Position numbers and translations under genes: made by a program. This document shows positions 31,973-42,124 of a stretch of DNA of 45,809 nucleotides, one piece after another. The stretch lies in assembly GCA_024854585.1 (NCBI GenBank), contig GCA_024854585.1_4323.1, one strand, 5' to 3'. The DNA is from a phage. The notes below the pieces were generated by a model. That model did not search any database, was not told the DNA's origin, and saw only the letters and a program-made list of their open reading frames with translations. Position 1 is the stretch's first letter, and the number at the start of each line of letters is the position of its first letter.

Positions 31973-34900
31973 TTACCACACTCCAACTACCACTCTTCCT
32001 CCGTTAGGTAAGTTTACAGTGATTCCGTTATTGTTAATCTGAACCGTGTTATTGGTTCCGTTAAATGCGAAGTTACCATTATTGGCATACAGTTTACCCC
32101 TTACAGTGGCGTTACTAAATTCCGCACTTCCTGACTTGTCAATCGCCCATCCTTGAGAGCCAGCAACGTAGTTGTTAGATTGAATCCTGTTACCAATCTT
32201 CGCGTTAGTAATTGAGCCATCGCCAATTACCGCACTTTGGATGATTACGTTTCCGTTCTCGACAACGAAGGGGAGCTGCCACTGACCGGATCCAGAACCA
32301 ATGCCGTTACTGATTGCGAATCTGTTTGCGTCAAAAATAAACTGACTGCGAACGTTTCCACCAGTGCCAACTAGCTCCATACTCATGCCGGATGAGTAAT
32401 TCTGTCCGTTATATTTAAGACCTAAACTGATTCCGTATTGCACGCCAGTAGATGTCGCATTGGAGAATGCGTCTAACTTCTGGTTTATGGCCGCCTCGTT
32501 ATCACCCAATCTTGCTGATAGAGCCGTGTCTGCAGTGGTCCTTGCTTCTGTCTCGGTGGCTAGCGCTGTCTGAACTTCTGTAATCGATGCTACAACTTCA
32601 TCATCTATCTGCGCTTTAAGAGCTGTGAGAGCCTCTACTCGCGCCTGAGTTTCATCAGCTATGAGATTCACTGCCTGAACATATTCAGCCTTACGTTTGC
32701 CGTTCTCCTTGGTCATGCGGCGAACATCGGAATCATTAGCTAATGCATTCTCAAGAATTGACTCTGCCTGATTCTGAATGTCCTGATTCTTTTGAATCGC
32801 ATTCTGCTCTAGGTATTTAAAACCCTCCGAGCCTTCAATATCAACCTTGATATAATCGTTGATGATGTTGGCGTCGTCAGTACTCATACCTCTAGCGAAA
32901 TAAGACCAATCAGAGGTATTGCCGATTCTGTCAATCAATCTTGCGCGATACCAGATGACCTTACCCGGCTGAATTGGCGTGTGCCAGTATTCATAGGCTG
33001 GATAAGGCAGTAACGTCAGCAAACTTGCGTTATCAGGATTGTAAGTACCATCACCATTATCTGGAACCTGCTGAAGTTCAGTGTAAGCAGTATCACCAGA
33101 TCCTTCAGGAAATCCCCATTTAACACGGATGCCAAATACCTCATCAGTTGATGCAGTGATAACTGTAGGCGCAGATGGGCGGCCAATCTTACCAGTTAGC
33201 GATACAGTTACAATATCAGACCAGGCAGACACGTTTTCAGTATCTGATACGCTGCGAACCCTAACGTCATAGATTCCTGCGTAAATACCTTCGATATCAA
33301 CTTCTGTGCTTGCTGTTCTGGGTACGTTAATCCAGTTACCATTTTCTTTTCTCCATTGAACATTGTATGTTTTAGCGTATGGCGCTTTATCCCACCCGAT
33401 AACCATCGTCTCAACTGATAACCCCTGAACAACCTTACTATAACTTGAAACGGTCAGGTTTTCTGGTGGCGACAATCTGTCAGGTTCCACAATTGAAGTC
33501 GGGCGGTCAGCAATGTTAACGCCGTAGTCAATCTCGTCATACTTGTTAGGGTCGTACTCTACCGCAGTAATCGTATACTGGAATGAGTCCTTACCATCAG
33601 TATCTGCTTTTTGAATACCGGTAACAACATACTGCTGAAGTGCCAGATTATCCTTATCAATTGCGAACACAGTATCAGGTTGAGCTACAAAGCTAAAAGC
33701 AGTATTCAGGTTGATGGTTCTACCATCTTCCGAAATGCTGGCAATAGTTCTCGCTTCAGGATTTCCGTCAGGCTTATTCAGAAGAATCCTGTCACCCGGA
33801 GCTGCGTCAACTTTAAATGGGGTAAAAACCTGCAACCCCTGAACTGATTCAATACGACCTGAAAGGTTTAACTGATAGTTGCTCGACCATGCAGCATCAT
33901 TGACCGCAATCACCTCGCCAATCATCGGAATCATGCCCTCCAACCCAGTGGTGAAGCTGATAGTTTCGCTTCTCAGGTTGGTTTTCAGGAGCCATCTGCC
34001 GCGTCTGTTTGCTTCACTTCTCCGCGTACATCCAATTGCCGTAAGGTCGACTGGATTAAATCCGAATCTGCGAGTAGCTTCCAGTTCAAATACCGGCTCA
34101 ACATCCTGCTGATAGTTGTTCTCCACATCATCAAACTGAACGTTTGCCGTGGTGTAAAGGCTTTTATCACTGGCGAAGGTTCGACTGAACAATCCGTTTA
34201 CAACGTTATCATTGGTGAAGATGTAGGATGGATTACGAGGCTTATCAACTACGATACCAATCTTTTCGCCATCATAGAAAGTCAGGCCACGGAAGATCGA
34301 ACAGATATCACGAATTAGCGTGTAAGCCTCAACTTTATTCTGCACAACCATATCGCACAGGTAGCGCGGCTCCACGCCGCCTTTTCCATCTGGAACCATT
34401 TGGTCACAGAATTGCGCAGCTTCGTACAGACCCCACTTATCAATCTCCACACCCAGATCTCTCTGATCAAGACCGTAGCGGCGGTTTGTCACTAAGTCAT
34501 AAAGAACCCACGCAGGGTTATTTGACCATGCCATTTTAAATAGACCATTCCATGTGCCACTATAAGTTCTGCTTTCAGGGTCATAGTTTGTAGGAACCTG
34601 AATCAACTTCCATCGCTTCTTGATAGAGATTGTCGGGATACCGTTAGGAAAAAGGTCAGAGCCAAACTCAACGTAAACAAGAGCTGTAAGCGGATAGCGG
34701 AATTTAGCGTCAATTACTTCCTGATAGGTTGTAATCTGCATCCCGTTAACCAGGGTGCTACTTGTTGAATCTGGTGTAATCTTGCGGATGCGAACCAGTG
34801 CGCTATCAAATTCAGCCGGAAGGTTCACGCGAATGCTTCGGTCGTAACCTGTAGTGGTCTTCCCGTTTGCAACTCCGCGAGTGTATTCCTGATATGATCC

Positions 34901-35398
34901 ACCATTAACAGACAGGTCAATCGCGTACTCGCAAGTAGTTCCGTTCAGATCTCCATTGCTTTCTTGCTTAACTAGTCGAGGCCAGAATAGCTTAACTCGA
35001 ATCGCTGAAAGCTGAGTATTGTTAACCGCAATGATGTACGGGGTATTGTTCGTGATTTCTCTGGATGCCTGAATCTCTGAGTTAGCACCATCAAGGCCAG
35101 CGATATAGTCCTGATACTGCGTGCCGGCACGGAACTCAGCGCGAACACCTTCGTAGTTGTAGCTACCATCCTGGTTTTGCACAGGAACATCAGCAAGGTA
35201 TAAATCCTTCATTGAGAAATTTGGGTCAACCTCACCATCAGCAACCGCCAAAAGAACCTTAACCTTGTTAAGTGAAATTAGGTTATCTTCCTGTTCCACT
35301 GGTTGATGCTGCTTCTGGCTACCGCCTTTAGCACCATAAATCTTAATCTCTTCAGCCATATCACAAAGCCTCATGTTTGTTTTGATCATTTGTGCCAT
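31973..35398 (-). CDS. Central tail fibre / tail tip host-specificity protein (lambda J-like)
   Basis: 1141 aa; last and largest gene of tail module after I-like gene. Confidence 0.75.
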   Translation of the reverse strand: MAQMIKTNMRLCDMAEEIKIYGAKGGSQKQHQPVEQEDNLISLNKVKVLLAVADGEVDPNFSMKDLYLADVPVQNQDGSYNYEGVRAEFRAGTQYQDYIAGLDGANSEIQASREITNNTPYIIAVNNTQLSAIRVKLFWPRLVKQESNGDLNGTTCEYAIDLSVNGGSYQEYTRGVANGKTTTGYDRSIRVNLPAEFDSALVRIRKITPDSTSSTLVNGMQITTYQEVIDAKFRYPLTALVYVEFGSDLFPNGIPTISIKKRWKLIQVPTNYDPESRTYSGTWNGLFKMAWSNNPAWVLYDLVTNRRYGLDQRDLGVEIDKWGLYEAAQFCDQMVPDGKGGVEPRYLCDMVVQNKVEAYTLIRDICSIFRGLTFYDGEKIGIVVDKPRNPSYIFTNDNVVNGLFSRTFASDKSLYTTANVQFDDVENNYQQDVEPVFELEATRRFGFNPVDLTAIGCTRRSEANRRGRWLLKTNLRSETISFTTGLEGMIPMIGEVIAVNDAAWSSNYQLNLSGRIESVQGLQVFTPFKVDAAPGDRILLNKPDGNPEARTIASISEDGRTINLNTAFSFVAQPDTVFAIDKDNLALQQYVVTGIQKADTDGKDSFQYTITAVEYDPNKYDEIDYGVNIADRPTSIVEPDRLSPPENLTVSSYSKVVQGLSVETMVIGWDKAPYAKTYNVQWRKENGNWINVPRTASTEVDIEGIYAGIYDVRVRSVSDTENVSAWSDIVTVSLTGKIGRPSAPTVITASTDEVFGIRVKWGFPEGSGDTAYTELQQVPDNGDGTYNPDNASLLTLLPYPAYEYWHTPIQPGKVIWYRARLIDRIGNTSDWSYFARGMSTDDANIINDYIKVDIEGSEGFKYLEQNAIQKNQDIQNQAESILENALANDSDVRRMTKENGKRKAEYVQAVNLIADETQARVEALTALKAQIDDEVVASITEVQTALATETEARTTADTALSARLGDNEAAINQKLDAFSNATSTGVQYGISLGLKYNGQNYSSGMSMELVGTGGNVRSQFIFDANRFAISNGIGSGSGQWQLPFVVENGNVIIQSAVIGDGSITNAKIGNRIQSNNYVAGSQGWAIDKSGSAEFSNATVRGKLYANNGNFAFNGTNNTVQINNNGITVNLPNGGRVVVGVW

Positions 35399-35410
35399 TC
35401 TACACTAAAT

Positions 35411-35432
35411 AAAAAACCCGCACTAGGCGGGT
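35411..35432. terminator. Hairpin aaaaaacccgcactaggcgggt
   Basis: Read from sequence. Confidence 0.4.
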
Positions 35433-35439
35433 ATGATGT

Positions 35440-36012
35440 TTAAGCATTATCTTCAGCGTAGCTGCCGGCACTAAACACAGAGCCGCCAACCGTTCGATAA
35501 CCATAAGGTAGGCAAACTGGATATCCAGCGGCAACCGTGTTTACTGCGGATCCGAATGCGTAAGAGGCCTTGTTGCTTGTTTGGTTGTCCTGGGTCTTTA
35601 GTCCTGTTGCTTGTGGTGATAGTAGCTGAGCAATGCCGCCAGCAGCCAGAGAAACACCAGCGCCAACAAGATAAATCTGCCCGGTAAAGATACCAACCGT
35701 GATAAGGGCCGCACCTAAAATTGTCTGAAACAAGCCGCCGGACTTGCGACCCTGGGGGATTGGCAAGATGCGTATCTCCTGAACGGCACTAAAATCAGAG
35801 ATTCGATGCTCGTTCACATTTTTGCCATCAACGAAAACGGCGTACCTTGCGTTCTGACCGACATGGCTATTCATGAATTCTTTGAATGCTGGAATCTGTG
35901 AGCATAGTGCTCGCATAGCTTCTGGAACGCTGCTCACCGCCATCTGGTGAATCTTTCCAAACTTACGGCCTAGAGACAAGCCTAACTTAATGTCAATCAG
36001 TTTCTGGGTCAT
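35440..36012 (-). CDS. Tail assembly protein (lambda I-like)
   Basis: 190 aa; C-terminal Gly/Ala-rich hydrophobic segment; position between K-like and J-like. Confidence 0.6.
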   Translation of the reverse strand: MTQKLIDIKLGLSLGRKFGKIHQMAVSSVPEAMRALCSQIPAFKEFMNSHVGQNARYAVFVDGKNVNEHRISDFSAVQEIRILPIPQGRKSGGLFQTILGAALITVGIFTGQIYLVGAGVSLAAGGIAQLLSPQATGLKTQDNQTSNKASYAFGSAVNTVAAGYPVCLPYGYRTVGGSVFSAGSYAEDNA

Positions 36013-36775
36013 AGCTTACATCCTCTTGTAAGTCCTTGTGGCGAACGATTCGCGCAGTGCGCTCTCGCCAGTAATCGGAGTAGATATCAACTGAGCTCAT
36101 TTTACCATAAAGGTGATGAATGAATCTGTTATTGCCAATGTAGATTCCAGCGTGGTTTGTCACCTCACTTTGCACCTGCATCATGATCATTGAGCCAATG
36201 GGAATGTCCGAAGTTTTTACCAGCTCAAATCCTTCATTAATCCAGTTGTCGTCATAGATATTTTCATTGTAACGTTTCTCCCACCACGGGTAATTAACTC
36301 GGTAGTCATTCAGTTTGATGCCGTATTTCTTGTGAAATTCCATTACTAACCCCCAGCAGTCAAAGCTACCAAGCCCCCACGGGCGACCAATCAGAGGCAT
36401 AGTTGATGGCTCAAGAATGCGCATATCTCCCTCCGGGATGCTTACGATAACGTAAGGAATCTCGCACTCGTTACAGCTACAGATATCCGCAGGACTGGGT
36501 CTTGTTGTGGCACCATCACCAGTGTGAGAGTGAACTACGTAAACAATAGATTCATTGTGAGCCAACTCAAAGAGGATATCTGCATACTCATTTGAGTCAA
36601 GGATGAATTCATTCTCAGGATCTTTGCTTGCATTGGTGATTCTGTGATACTTCTGGGCCCGACCCTTCTGCGTGACAACTCCACAGCACTCATGCGGGTA
36701 AACCTCTTTTGCGTGCTTGAATATTTCCAGTTTAACTTTTGGTGTTAACATTTTATCTCCAATAAAAAAGGCCAA
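35993..36775 (-). CDS. Tail tip assembly protein (lambda K-like; JAB/MPN plus NlpC/P60 domains); probable true start ATG at 36751
   Basis: HSHTGDGATTRPSPAD (JAMM H-x-H...S..D motif) and C-terminal Cys...His NlpC/P60-like region. Confidence 0.7.
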   Translation of the reverse strand: MAFFIGDKMLTPKVKLEIFKHAKEVYPHECCGVVTQKGRAQKYHRITNASKDPENEFILDSNEYADILFELAHNESIVYVVHSHTGDGATTRPSPADICSCNECEIPYVIVSIPEGDMRILEPSTMPLIGRPWGLGSFDCWGLVMEFHKKYGIKLNDYRVNYPWWEKRYNENIYDDNWINEGFELVKTSDIPIGSMIMMQVQSEVTNHAGIYIGNNRFIHHLYGKMSSVDIYSDYWRERTARIVRHKDLQEDVSYDPETD

Positions 36776-36809
36776 CCTTTCGATTGACCTAGTTTAACAC
36801 TAATTTAGC

Positions 36810-37163
36810 TTATTCAAAATAAACCTCAAAATCTATAAATACTGAAACACCTCTTGATTTAAGCATCTCAACTTCCAGTAGTTTATCATCAAAGAATGAC
36901 TTAGTGACATCAACACCATTCATTCGATATTTCATCTTGTTATCATGCTCGTCTAATGCCTTGCTCTGAGTATCAATTCTTGAAAAGTCGTAACAAGAAT
37001 CATGAAAAATACTTTTAAACTTTACAATATTGCCATTCTCATCATACGTCTGATAGTATCTGTTTGAGTCAACAACACTACATGGGTAATTACGGCCAAC
37101 AAAAAACAAACCAGCGCACTCTTCTTTGTCTTTTTTGTATCCGTTAAATTTAATTTGGAACAT
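36810..37163 (-). CDS. Moron-like hypothetical protein inserted between L-like and K-like tail genes
   Basis: 117 aa; has its own motif copy plus TATAGT hexamer and GAGAGG leader upstream, unlike flanking tail genes. Confidence 0.5.
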   Translation of the reverse strand: MFQIKFNGYKKDKEECAGLFFVGRNYPCSVVDSNRYYQTYDENGNIVKFKSIFHDSCYDFSRIDTQSKALDEHDNKMKYRMNGVDVTKSFFDDKLLEVEMLKSRGVSVFIDFEVYFE

Positions 37164-37219
37164 TTTTTAACTCCTCTCGTTTGTGTGAAGTAACTATACG
37201 CCACATTTTCCTGCACGTC

Positions 37220-37240
37220 TTTATCAAAAAGTGCTATTTA
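37220..37240 (-). promoter_or_regulatory. Variant motif copy (tttatcaaaaagtgctattta)
   Basis: Overlaps stop of L-like gene; drives moron 36810..37163. Confidence 0.5.
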
Positions 37241-38005
37241 ACTCTGATTCGCTTTAGCCTGAAGGCTTGCTGCTGCGCATCCACCAAATGAAAGTTGATT
37301 ATTCTCTCCGAATCTAATCTTGCAGCTATTAACAGTCCCGGCGCAGAAGTCCAATGAAGTGTCTGCCACTGGCTCATCATCCTTATTGAAGTATCTGTTG
37401 CCAGCATAGTCGCAACCATTACCGCTACGATACCAACCCCTAGAAGCCCAATAGCAAACAGACTGAACAAGTCTAGCGGGGATATAAATGCCATCCATAT
37501 CCATTGGGCTACTTAGCTCAAATGATGCCGTCTTGTAATCAACCTGCTTTGGTCGCTCAATGAAGTAAACGAATCGGCGATAATCACCATCAGCAATACT
37601 TCCGTCTTCATTGATGTTATCTCGCGTAGTAATCCAGATGGTAACCTTAGCTTTAACAAGTCCGTTGTATGTTCGAATCAATGCGCTAATGCGCTGGTCT
37701 ACGTTTGATACTGTTAGCGTAACTTTGTTGGCCTTGCCGTCAGAGGTCATATTGATGCCCGATATTCCGAACGGTCTTGGTCCATACTCTTCTCCACGGA
37801 AGGTTATGGTTTTCTCTGGTAGCGGATCACCACTCATCTGGGCTAGCATGATTTCTTCTGGCGTGTATGAAATGTTCTCATTATGGAACGAATAAACGAG
37901 AGAGCCAAAGGAGGTTCCGTCAACCTGGATTAGAGTCACAATCTCTCCAGGGAAAAGGCTTTGCAACTGATTTTCAAACTTTGGACTTAACATATATTTC
38001 TCCAA
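37238..38005 (-). CDS. Minor tail protein (lambda L-like, Cys-rich C-terminus); probable true start ATG at 37993
   Basis: 255 aa; C-terminal cysteines (CYWASRGW...GCDY...DFCAG...SCKI...GGCAA) consistent with L-type Fe-S motif. Confidence 0.6.
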   Translation of the reverse strand: MEKYMLSPKFENQLQSLFPGEIVTLIQVDGTSFGSLVYSFHNENISYTPEEIMLAQMSGDPLPEKTITFRGEEYGPRPFGISGINMTSDGKANKVTLTVSNVDQRISALIRTYNGLVKAKVTIWITTRDNINEDGSIADGDYRRFVYFIERPKQVDYKTASFELSSPMDMDGIYIPARLVQSVCYWASRGWYRSGNGCDYAGNRYFNKDDEPVADTSLDFCAGTVNSCKIRFGENNQLSFGGCAAASLQAKANQS

Positions 38006-38010
38006 TAAAA

Positions 38011-38029
38011 AAGCCCCATATAGGGGCTT
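38011..38029. terminator. Hairpin agccccatataggggct; second copy of terminator-RBS cassette
   Basis: Near-identical to 2924..2940. Confidence 0.5.
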
Positions 38030-38032
38030 AGT

Positions 38033-38410
38033 TTAACGCATTGAGCTAAAGACTTCCACGAATTGCATGTTTACAGTCTGAACTTCGCTACTGATTGGTG
38101 TAACTGAAATGCTATCCTGCTGAATAACAAACATTGATGTATCACCTTGCGGCGTAGTCCAGAAAAATGGAGTAATGATGTGGTTGAAGCAAAAGTCCAT
38201 CACATCGCGCCAGTCCTTGTTAGTGTAAGTCATCTGATAACTGCGCTTGTTGCTGCGGTAGCCGCCAGTACCTCTTTGCTCAAAACCATTGCCAAAGCTA
38301 ACAATTCTCACGTTGTTCGTGTTAGAAAATGCAGCCCCTCCATTTTGTATCTGAGTACAAAAATTAAACGTATCTAGAGCCATAAAAATCCTCAGGGGCC
38401 GAAGCCCCAT
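38033..38410 (-). CDS. Minor tail protein (lambda M-like / distal tail)
   Basis: 125 aa directly after tape measure. Confidence 0.5.
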   Translation of the reverse strand: MGLRPLRIFMALDTFNFCTQIQNGGAAFSNTNNVRIVSFGNGFEQRGTGGYRSNKRSYQMTYTNKDWRDVMDFCFNHIITPFFWTTPQGDTSMFVIQQDSISVTPISSEVQTVNMQFVEVFSSMR

Positions 38411-38413
38411 TAA

Positions 38414-41398
38414 TTAGTTGAATCCACGAAGGTAAGCATACGCCTTTCCACCCTGCTGGAAGGACTGAGAAATCTCTTCAGCTACGATTGCCTTAACGCC
38501 ATTTTGCAGCGCCTTGGCCTGTTCTGGATCGCTTCCAATCCCACTATTAACGTTAACAGTAATCCCGCTAACATTAACATCTGCGCCTCCAGAAACCAAG
38601 CCACCATTCGCATAACCAGAAGGGCCACCAACAACACCGCCATTTGCGTAACCTTTCATTAGTGCGTAAAGGTTTTTCACACCGATTCGGCTTGTCGCTT
38701 CTTTTGTGAATACAAACTCGCCACGGTGAACCGTACCTGCTGGCTGATATTTTCCACCATCACCAGTGTAGCCGCCACCAGCGAAACCAATTGCTGACTT
38801 TATTGACTCGAAAGCGCTACCTGCACCAGCGTCACCACCAAAGCTCTTGATTGTAGATTCAATAGCCTTAACCAAAAGTAATTGAGTTGCAATCTTGGCA
38901 ATCATTTTGAGGATGTTTGCTGTGAACTCCCTGAAATTGGCCTCACCAGTGGTTACAAGGTTAGTGATTTGCTCTGTAATCCCGTCGAATGCCGCAACTG
39001 TCAAGTCCTTAGCAATCTGGTTGTAGTCAGTGTACTTCTCTGTCAAGTCGGCGAGAGTGGATGTTACACCGGATTGCCAGTCTGACCTAAGATTATCCTC
39101 CTGCTTGTAGTATTCCTTTCTTGCTTCCAGCAACTGCTGAAAATCAACATCATCAAGAGAGCCGCCAGCATTAACCTGATTGGACTGAAGAGCCTGAATC
39201 TCTCTTGCCCTCTGTTGCTCACGAGATGATAACCCAGCACCTAAGTCGATGTTACTTGCTTCATTGTTAATCTGAAGAATCTTCTTGCGGTTATCTTCAG
39301 CTAACTTATTAGCTCGCTCCTGCAAAACAATCTGATCACCTAGCTCAGCCTTCTGTCTGGCTAACTCAAGAACTTTATCCTTTTCAATGAGAAGTCTTGC
39401 TTGCTCTTTGGTAATTGAGCCATCAAGTTGTCTCTGCTCAAGAATCCTGAATTTGGCCTCCTCCTGAAGATACTGCTTGCGCTCATTGCTTATTACTGCG
39501 CCAATATCCCTGTTTTCCTGAAGCACCTTGAGTTGAGCCTGAAGCGCCAGAACGCCAGATTCATAACCAATTGTTAAATCTCTTTGCTCCTTAACCCTAC
39601 TATTTTCTTCTTTCCTGTTCTTCTTGATCGCATCAAGCTCATCCTGAAGCGCCTTCTTCCTTTTTGCAAATTCCTCATCAGTACCTGACTGCTCATTGGT
39701 ATTCTGATTTTCTCTGCGAGTAACGTAACCAAGCTCTCCCTCTCTGATTCTGGCATCTCGCTCCTTGATAGACTTCTCTAGCTCAAGGTTTTGCTTCTTG
39801 GCGGCATCGATAATCTTCTGCTGCCCCTTGATAACATCATCACCAACGCCATCAAGACCAGGAATGTTCTGCAATGCCTGAGTTGCGCTAATTACGAATT
39901 CGCCAATCAGAACATCACCCTGGTTAATGAATACCCTGATCTGTTCAATCGTTCCGGCGATTACATCAACAAAAAGGTTTAGCGCCCCAACCGTTCTACG
40001 ACTAATTGCATCCCAGATATCAGAGATGTACTTTCTGAAATCATTCCAGGCTAGCTCAAGCGGAGTTAACTGCGCAGCTATGTCGTTAAGGTTGGCTTCC
40101 TGAGACTTGCTGAAAATATCAATCGCAGCAGTAACGGCCTCAACTTCTCCCTTTGTCTTTCTCAGGTTTTCGATTGTCGTCAACTGCCCCTGTGTGAGGA
40201 AGTTAAAGCGCTTATCCAAATCAACTAAACCCTGGATTGGGTCGCTTGCAATCTGGTTATAGTAACCAGTAATCTCCTTCGCATCCTTACCTGTCAACTG
40301 CGCCCATCTGGCGGTTGATTTGGTAATCTTGTCAATCTGCGTCAGCGTAAGGTTCCCTTGCTCAATAAGGCTTGTTGCGATGCTAGTCACAAGTCCTCTG
40401 GTTGCACCAGTAGCATCAGAAACAGAGCTAACCAACTCTCTAACCTGCGAGATTGATGCGATTGTGGAGTTGTTTGAGAACGCAATGGCGGAATTTAATG
40501 CTCTGAATTCACTCTCTGCCTGGGCAGCACCGATACCTAGAGCAACAAGCGCGCCACCCAAAACCCCAACAGCAACATTGAATGGATTTAAGGCTGCAAG
40601 CGCGAATCTAAAGGTGTTACCAATACCTCCAAATGCATCCTTAATTTGTCCGCCTTGCTGAATTGCAATAAGCCAAATCGGAATGCCGCCAGCAAGTGAT
40701 GTCCCAATATCTGTAATCTGCGCTGGCAATTGAGAGATTGCAGCCTTGTATTGACCTGCGCTTAAGCCAGAGCGTTGAAAGGCCTTGCTCTGAGCAATTA
40801 GCTGGGTGTTTGCCTTCCGTGATGCATCGGCGATTCTGTCAATAATAGGTGCTGCCTGAGAACTAACGCCAAGTTGTGCTGCTTGTAACTTTAAGTACTC
40901 CTCACGCGTCAATGTCGCTGCCTGAGCCTGCCTCTCAAGTGATGCAATGAATCTATCCGCTTCAGCCTTTGCTTTTGCTTTATCTTTTGCAGCCTGAGCA
41001 GCAGCTCTTCCCTCTTCAGTTAGCGCAGCACGTGAACGAGCGAGTTTTGCATTCTGCGTTTCAAGAGCCTCACCTAATCTGAAAAACTCCTCGTCGGGAA
41101 CTACGCCAGCCGCGAATGCCTTATCCAGACCTACAGCAGCCTCTTGCAGCTTGCGGAACTTTGCAGCCGTTGGGTCGATAGCTGTTTGCAATTTAGCTAA
41201 AGATGCTTGCTGTTCAGCCAGTGCGCGAGCTGTGTCTCTTGCCTGGTTTTTAGCAACCTGCTCAGCATTGACGAATTCACTAATGCCGGAAGCGGCTTGC
41301 TGGTTAGCTTGCCTGAACTTCTGTAGGGATTGCGTGCCCCTGTCTACTTGCGAGACGTCTACGGCTAGTGTGATTCCGGCTAATTCATTTGTTGCCAT
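38414..41398 (-). CDS. Tail tape measure protein
   Basis: 994 aa; long Ala/Gln/Lys/Glu-rich coiled-coil, Gly-rich C-terminus; follows G/GT chaperones. Confidence 0.8.
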   Translation of the reverse strand: MATNELAGITLAVDVSQVDRGTQSLQKFRQANQQAASGISEFVNAEQVAKNQARDTARALAEQQASLAKLQTAIDPTAAKFRKLQEAAVGLDKAFAAGVVPDEEFFRLGEALETQNAKLARSRAALTEEGRAAAQAAKDKAKAKAEADRFIASLERQAQAATLTREEYLKLQAAQLGVSSQAAPIIDRIADASRKANTQLIAQSKAFQRSGLSAGQYKAAISQLPAQITDIGTSLAGGIPIWLIAIQQGGQIKDAFGGIGNTFRFALAALNPFNVAVGVLGGALVALGIGAAQAESEFRALNSAIAFSNNSTIASISQVRELVSSVSDATGATRGLVTSIATSLIEQGNLTLTQIDKITKSTARWAQLTGKDAKEITGYYNQIASDPIQGLVDLDKRFNFLTQGQLTTIENLRKTKGEVEAVTAAIDIFSKSQEANLNDIAAQLTPLELAWNDFRKYISDIWDAISRRTVGALNLFVDVIAGTIEQIRVFINQGDVLIGEFVISATQALQNIPGLDGVGDDVIKGQQKIIDAAKKQNLELEKSIKERDARIREGELGYVTRRENQNTNEQSGTDEEFAKRKKALQDELDAIKKNRKEENSRVKEQRDLTIGYESGVLALQAQLKVLQENRDIGAVISNERKQYLQEEAKFRILEQRQLDGSITKEQARLLIEKDKVLELARQKAELGDQIVLQERANKLAEDNRKKILQINNEASNIDLGAGLSSREQQRAREIQALQSNQVNAGGSLDDVDFQQLLEARKEYYKQEDNLRSDWQSGVTSTLADLTEKYTDYNQIAKDLTVAAFDGITEQITNLVTTGEANFREFTANILKMIAKIATQLLLVKAIESTIKSFGGDAGAGSAFESIKSAIGFAGGGYTGDGGKYQPAGTVHRGEFVFTKEATSRIGVKNLYALMKGYANGGVVGGPSGYANGGLVSGGADVNVSGITVNVNSGIGSDPEQAKALQNGVKAIVAEEISQSFQQGGKAYAYLRGFN

Positions 41399-41415
41399 CT
41401 AAGCCTCCATAATAG

Positions 41416-41443
41416 AAAACCCGCCGAAGCGGGTTATTTTTTT
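41416..41443. terminator. Hairpin aaaacccgccgaagcgggttattttttt
   Basis: Read from sequence. Confidence 0.45.
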
Positions 41444-41745
41444 CTCAGGTTATCCATCATCTCAAGAGCCTTAGCTTCAAGGATGCGCAAATCACTGAGC
41501 ACCAATTCTTCTTCAGAAACATTATACACTCTAAAGAGGAAATTTAGCACGTTGTAATCTAGACCTGTGGCTCCGTTAGCCCCGACTCTCCACTGTGTAG
41601 CCATTGAACAATAAATGTCCCATGCCTTCATCATGTTGTCATCGAAGTGTAAAACCTCAGGATCTTCATCTTCGTAATCAGAGCGGCGCATCCCAATAGC
41701 TTCCAGTTCTGCATCTGTTGGCTCTGACTGGTACTGTAGATACAC
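41434..41745 (-). CDS. T-like frame of tail assembly chaperone, probably expressed as G-T fusion by -1 frameshift
   Basis: -1 frame is open from the slippery site into this ORF (…KKLKRAVYLQYQSEP…). Confidence 0.55.
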   Translation of the reverse strand: MYLQYQSEPTDAELEAIGMRRSDYEDEDPEVLHFDDNMMKAWDIYCSMATQWRVGANGATGLDYNVLNFLFRVYNVSEEELVLSDLRILEAKALEMMDNLRKK

Positions 41746-41753
41746 CGCTCGTT

Positions 41754-42122
41754 TTAGTTTTTTACTCGCTGACCAGCAAGCGACTGCATATAAGAGGTAG
41801 TAAGCGCAACTGTAGATGCTGGGAATAAATCAGCAAACTCGATGACGTTTTCTTCATTAAATTCTTCTTCCAGATCCCAATCAGAGGCGATTGCCATGAT
41901 CAATTCTTTAGTACTTAAGTCTTCTTTCTGTAGTAACTCCTGAAGCTCTGAGGTCTTCTTGTGCTTTACTGTAAAGATAACCTCTACATCCTGGTCGTTA
42001 GCCAGCTTGAATTTTACAGGCAGCTTAAAGTCAGGAAGTGCTGCCAGTGAAAGTTTGAACTTTGCCATCTTAGTTAATCCTCTTATTGTTTGTGAGATTG
42101 CATTATAGCAGGTTGGTAGCAA
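41754..42122 (-). CDS. Tail assembly chaperone (lambda G-like)
   Basis: 122 aa between major tail and tape measure; ends ...GQRVKN with slippery heptamer. Confidence 0.65.
   Translation of the reverse strand: MLPTCYNAISQTIRGLTKMAKFKLSLAALPDFKLPVKFKLANDQDVEVIFTVKHKKTSELQELLQKEDLSTKELIMAIASDWDLEEEFNEENVIEFADLFPASTVALTTSYMQSLAGQRVKN
41757..41763 (-). other. Candidate -1 programmed ribosomal frameshift slippery heptamer A_AAA_AAC
   Basis: Minus strand reads GTA AAA AAC TAA; X_XXY_YYZ pattern just before the G stop. Confidence 0.55.
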
Positions 42123-42124
42123 TA

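Noticed and set aside
3408-37240. Regularly recurring 20-bp repeat considered as a CRISPR array
   Set aside because: Copies are separated by whole genes of very different lengths (0.2-7 kb), occur in both orientations following gene direction, and no cas genes are present; a promoter/operator role fits better.
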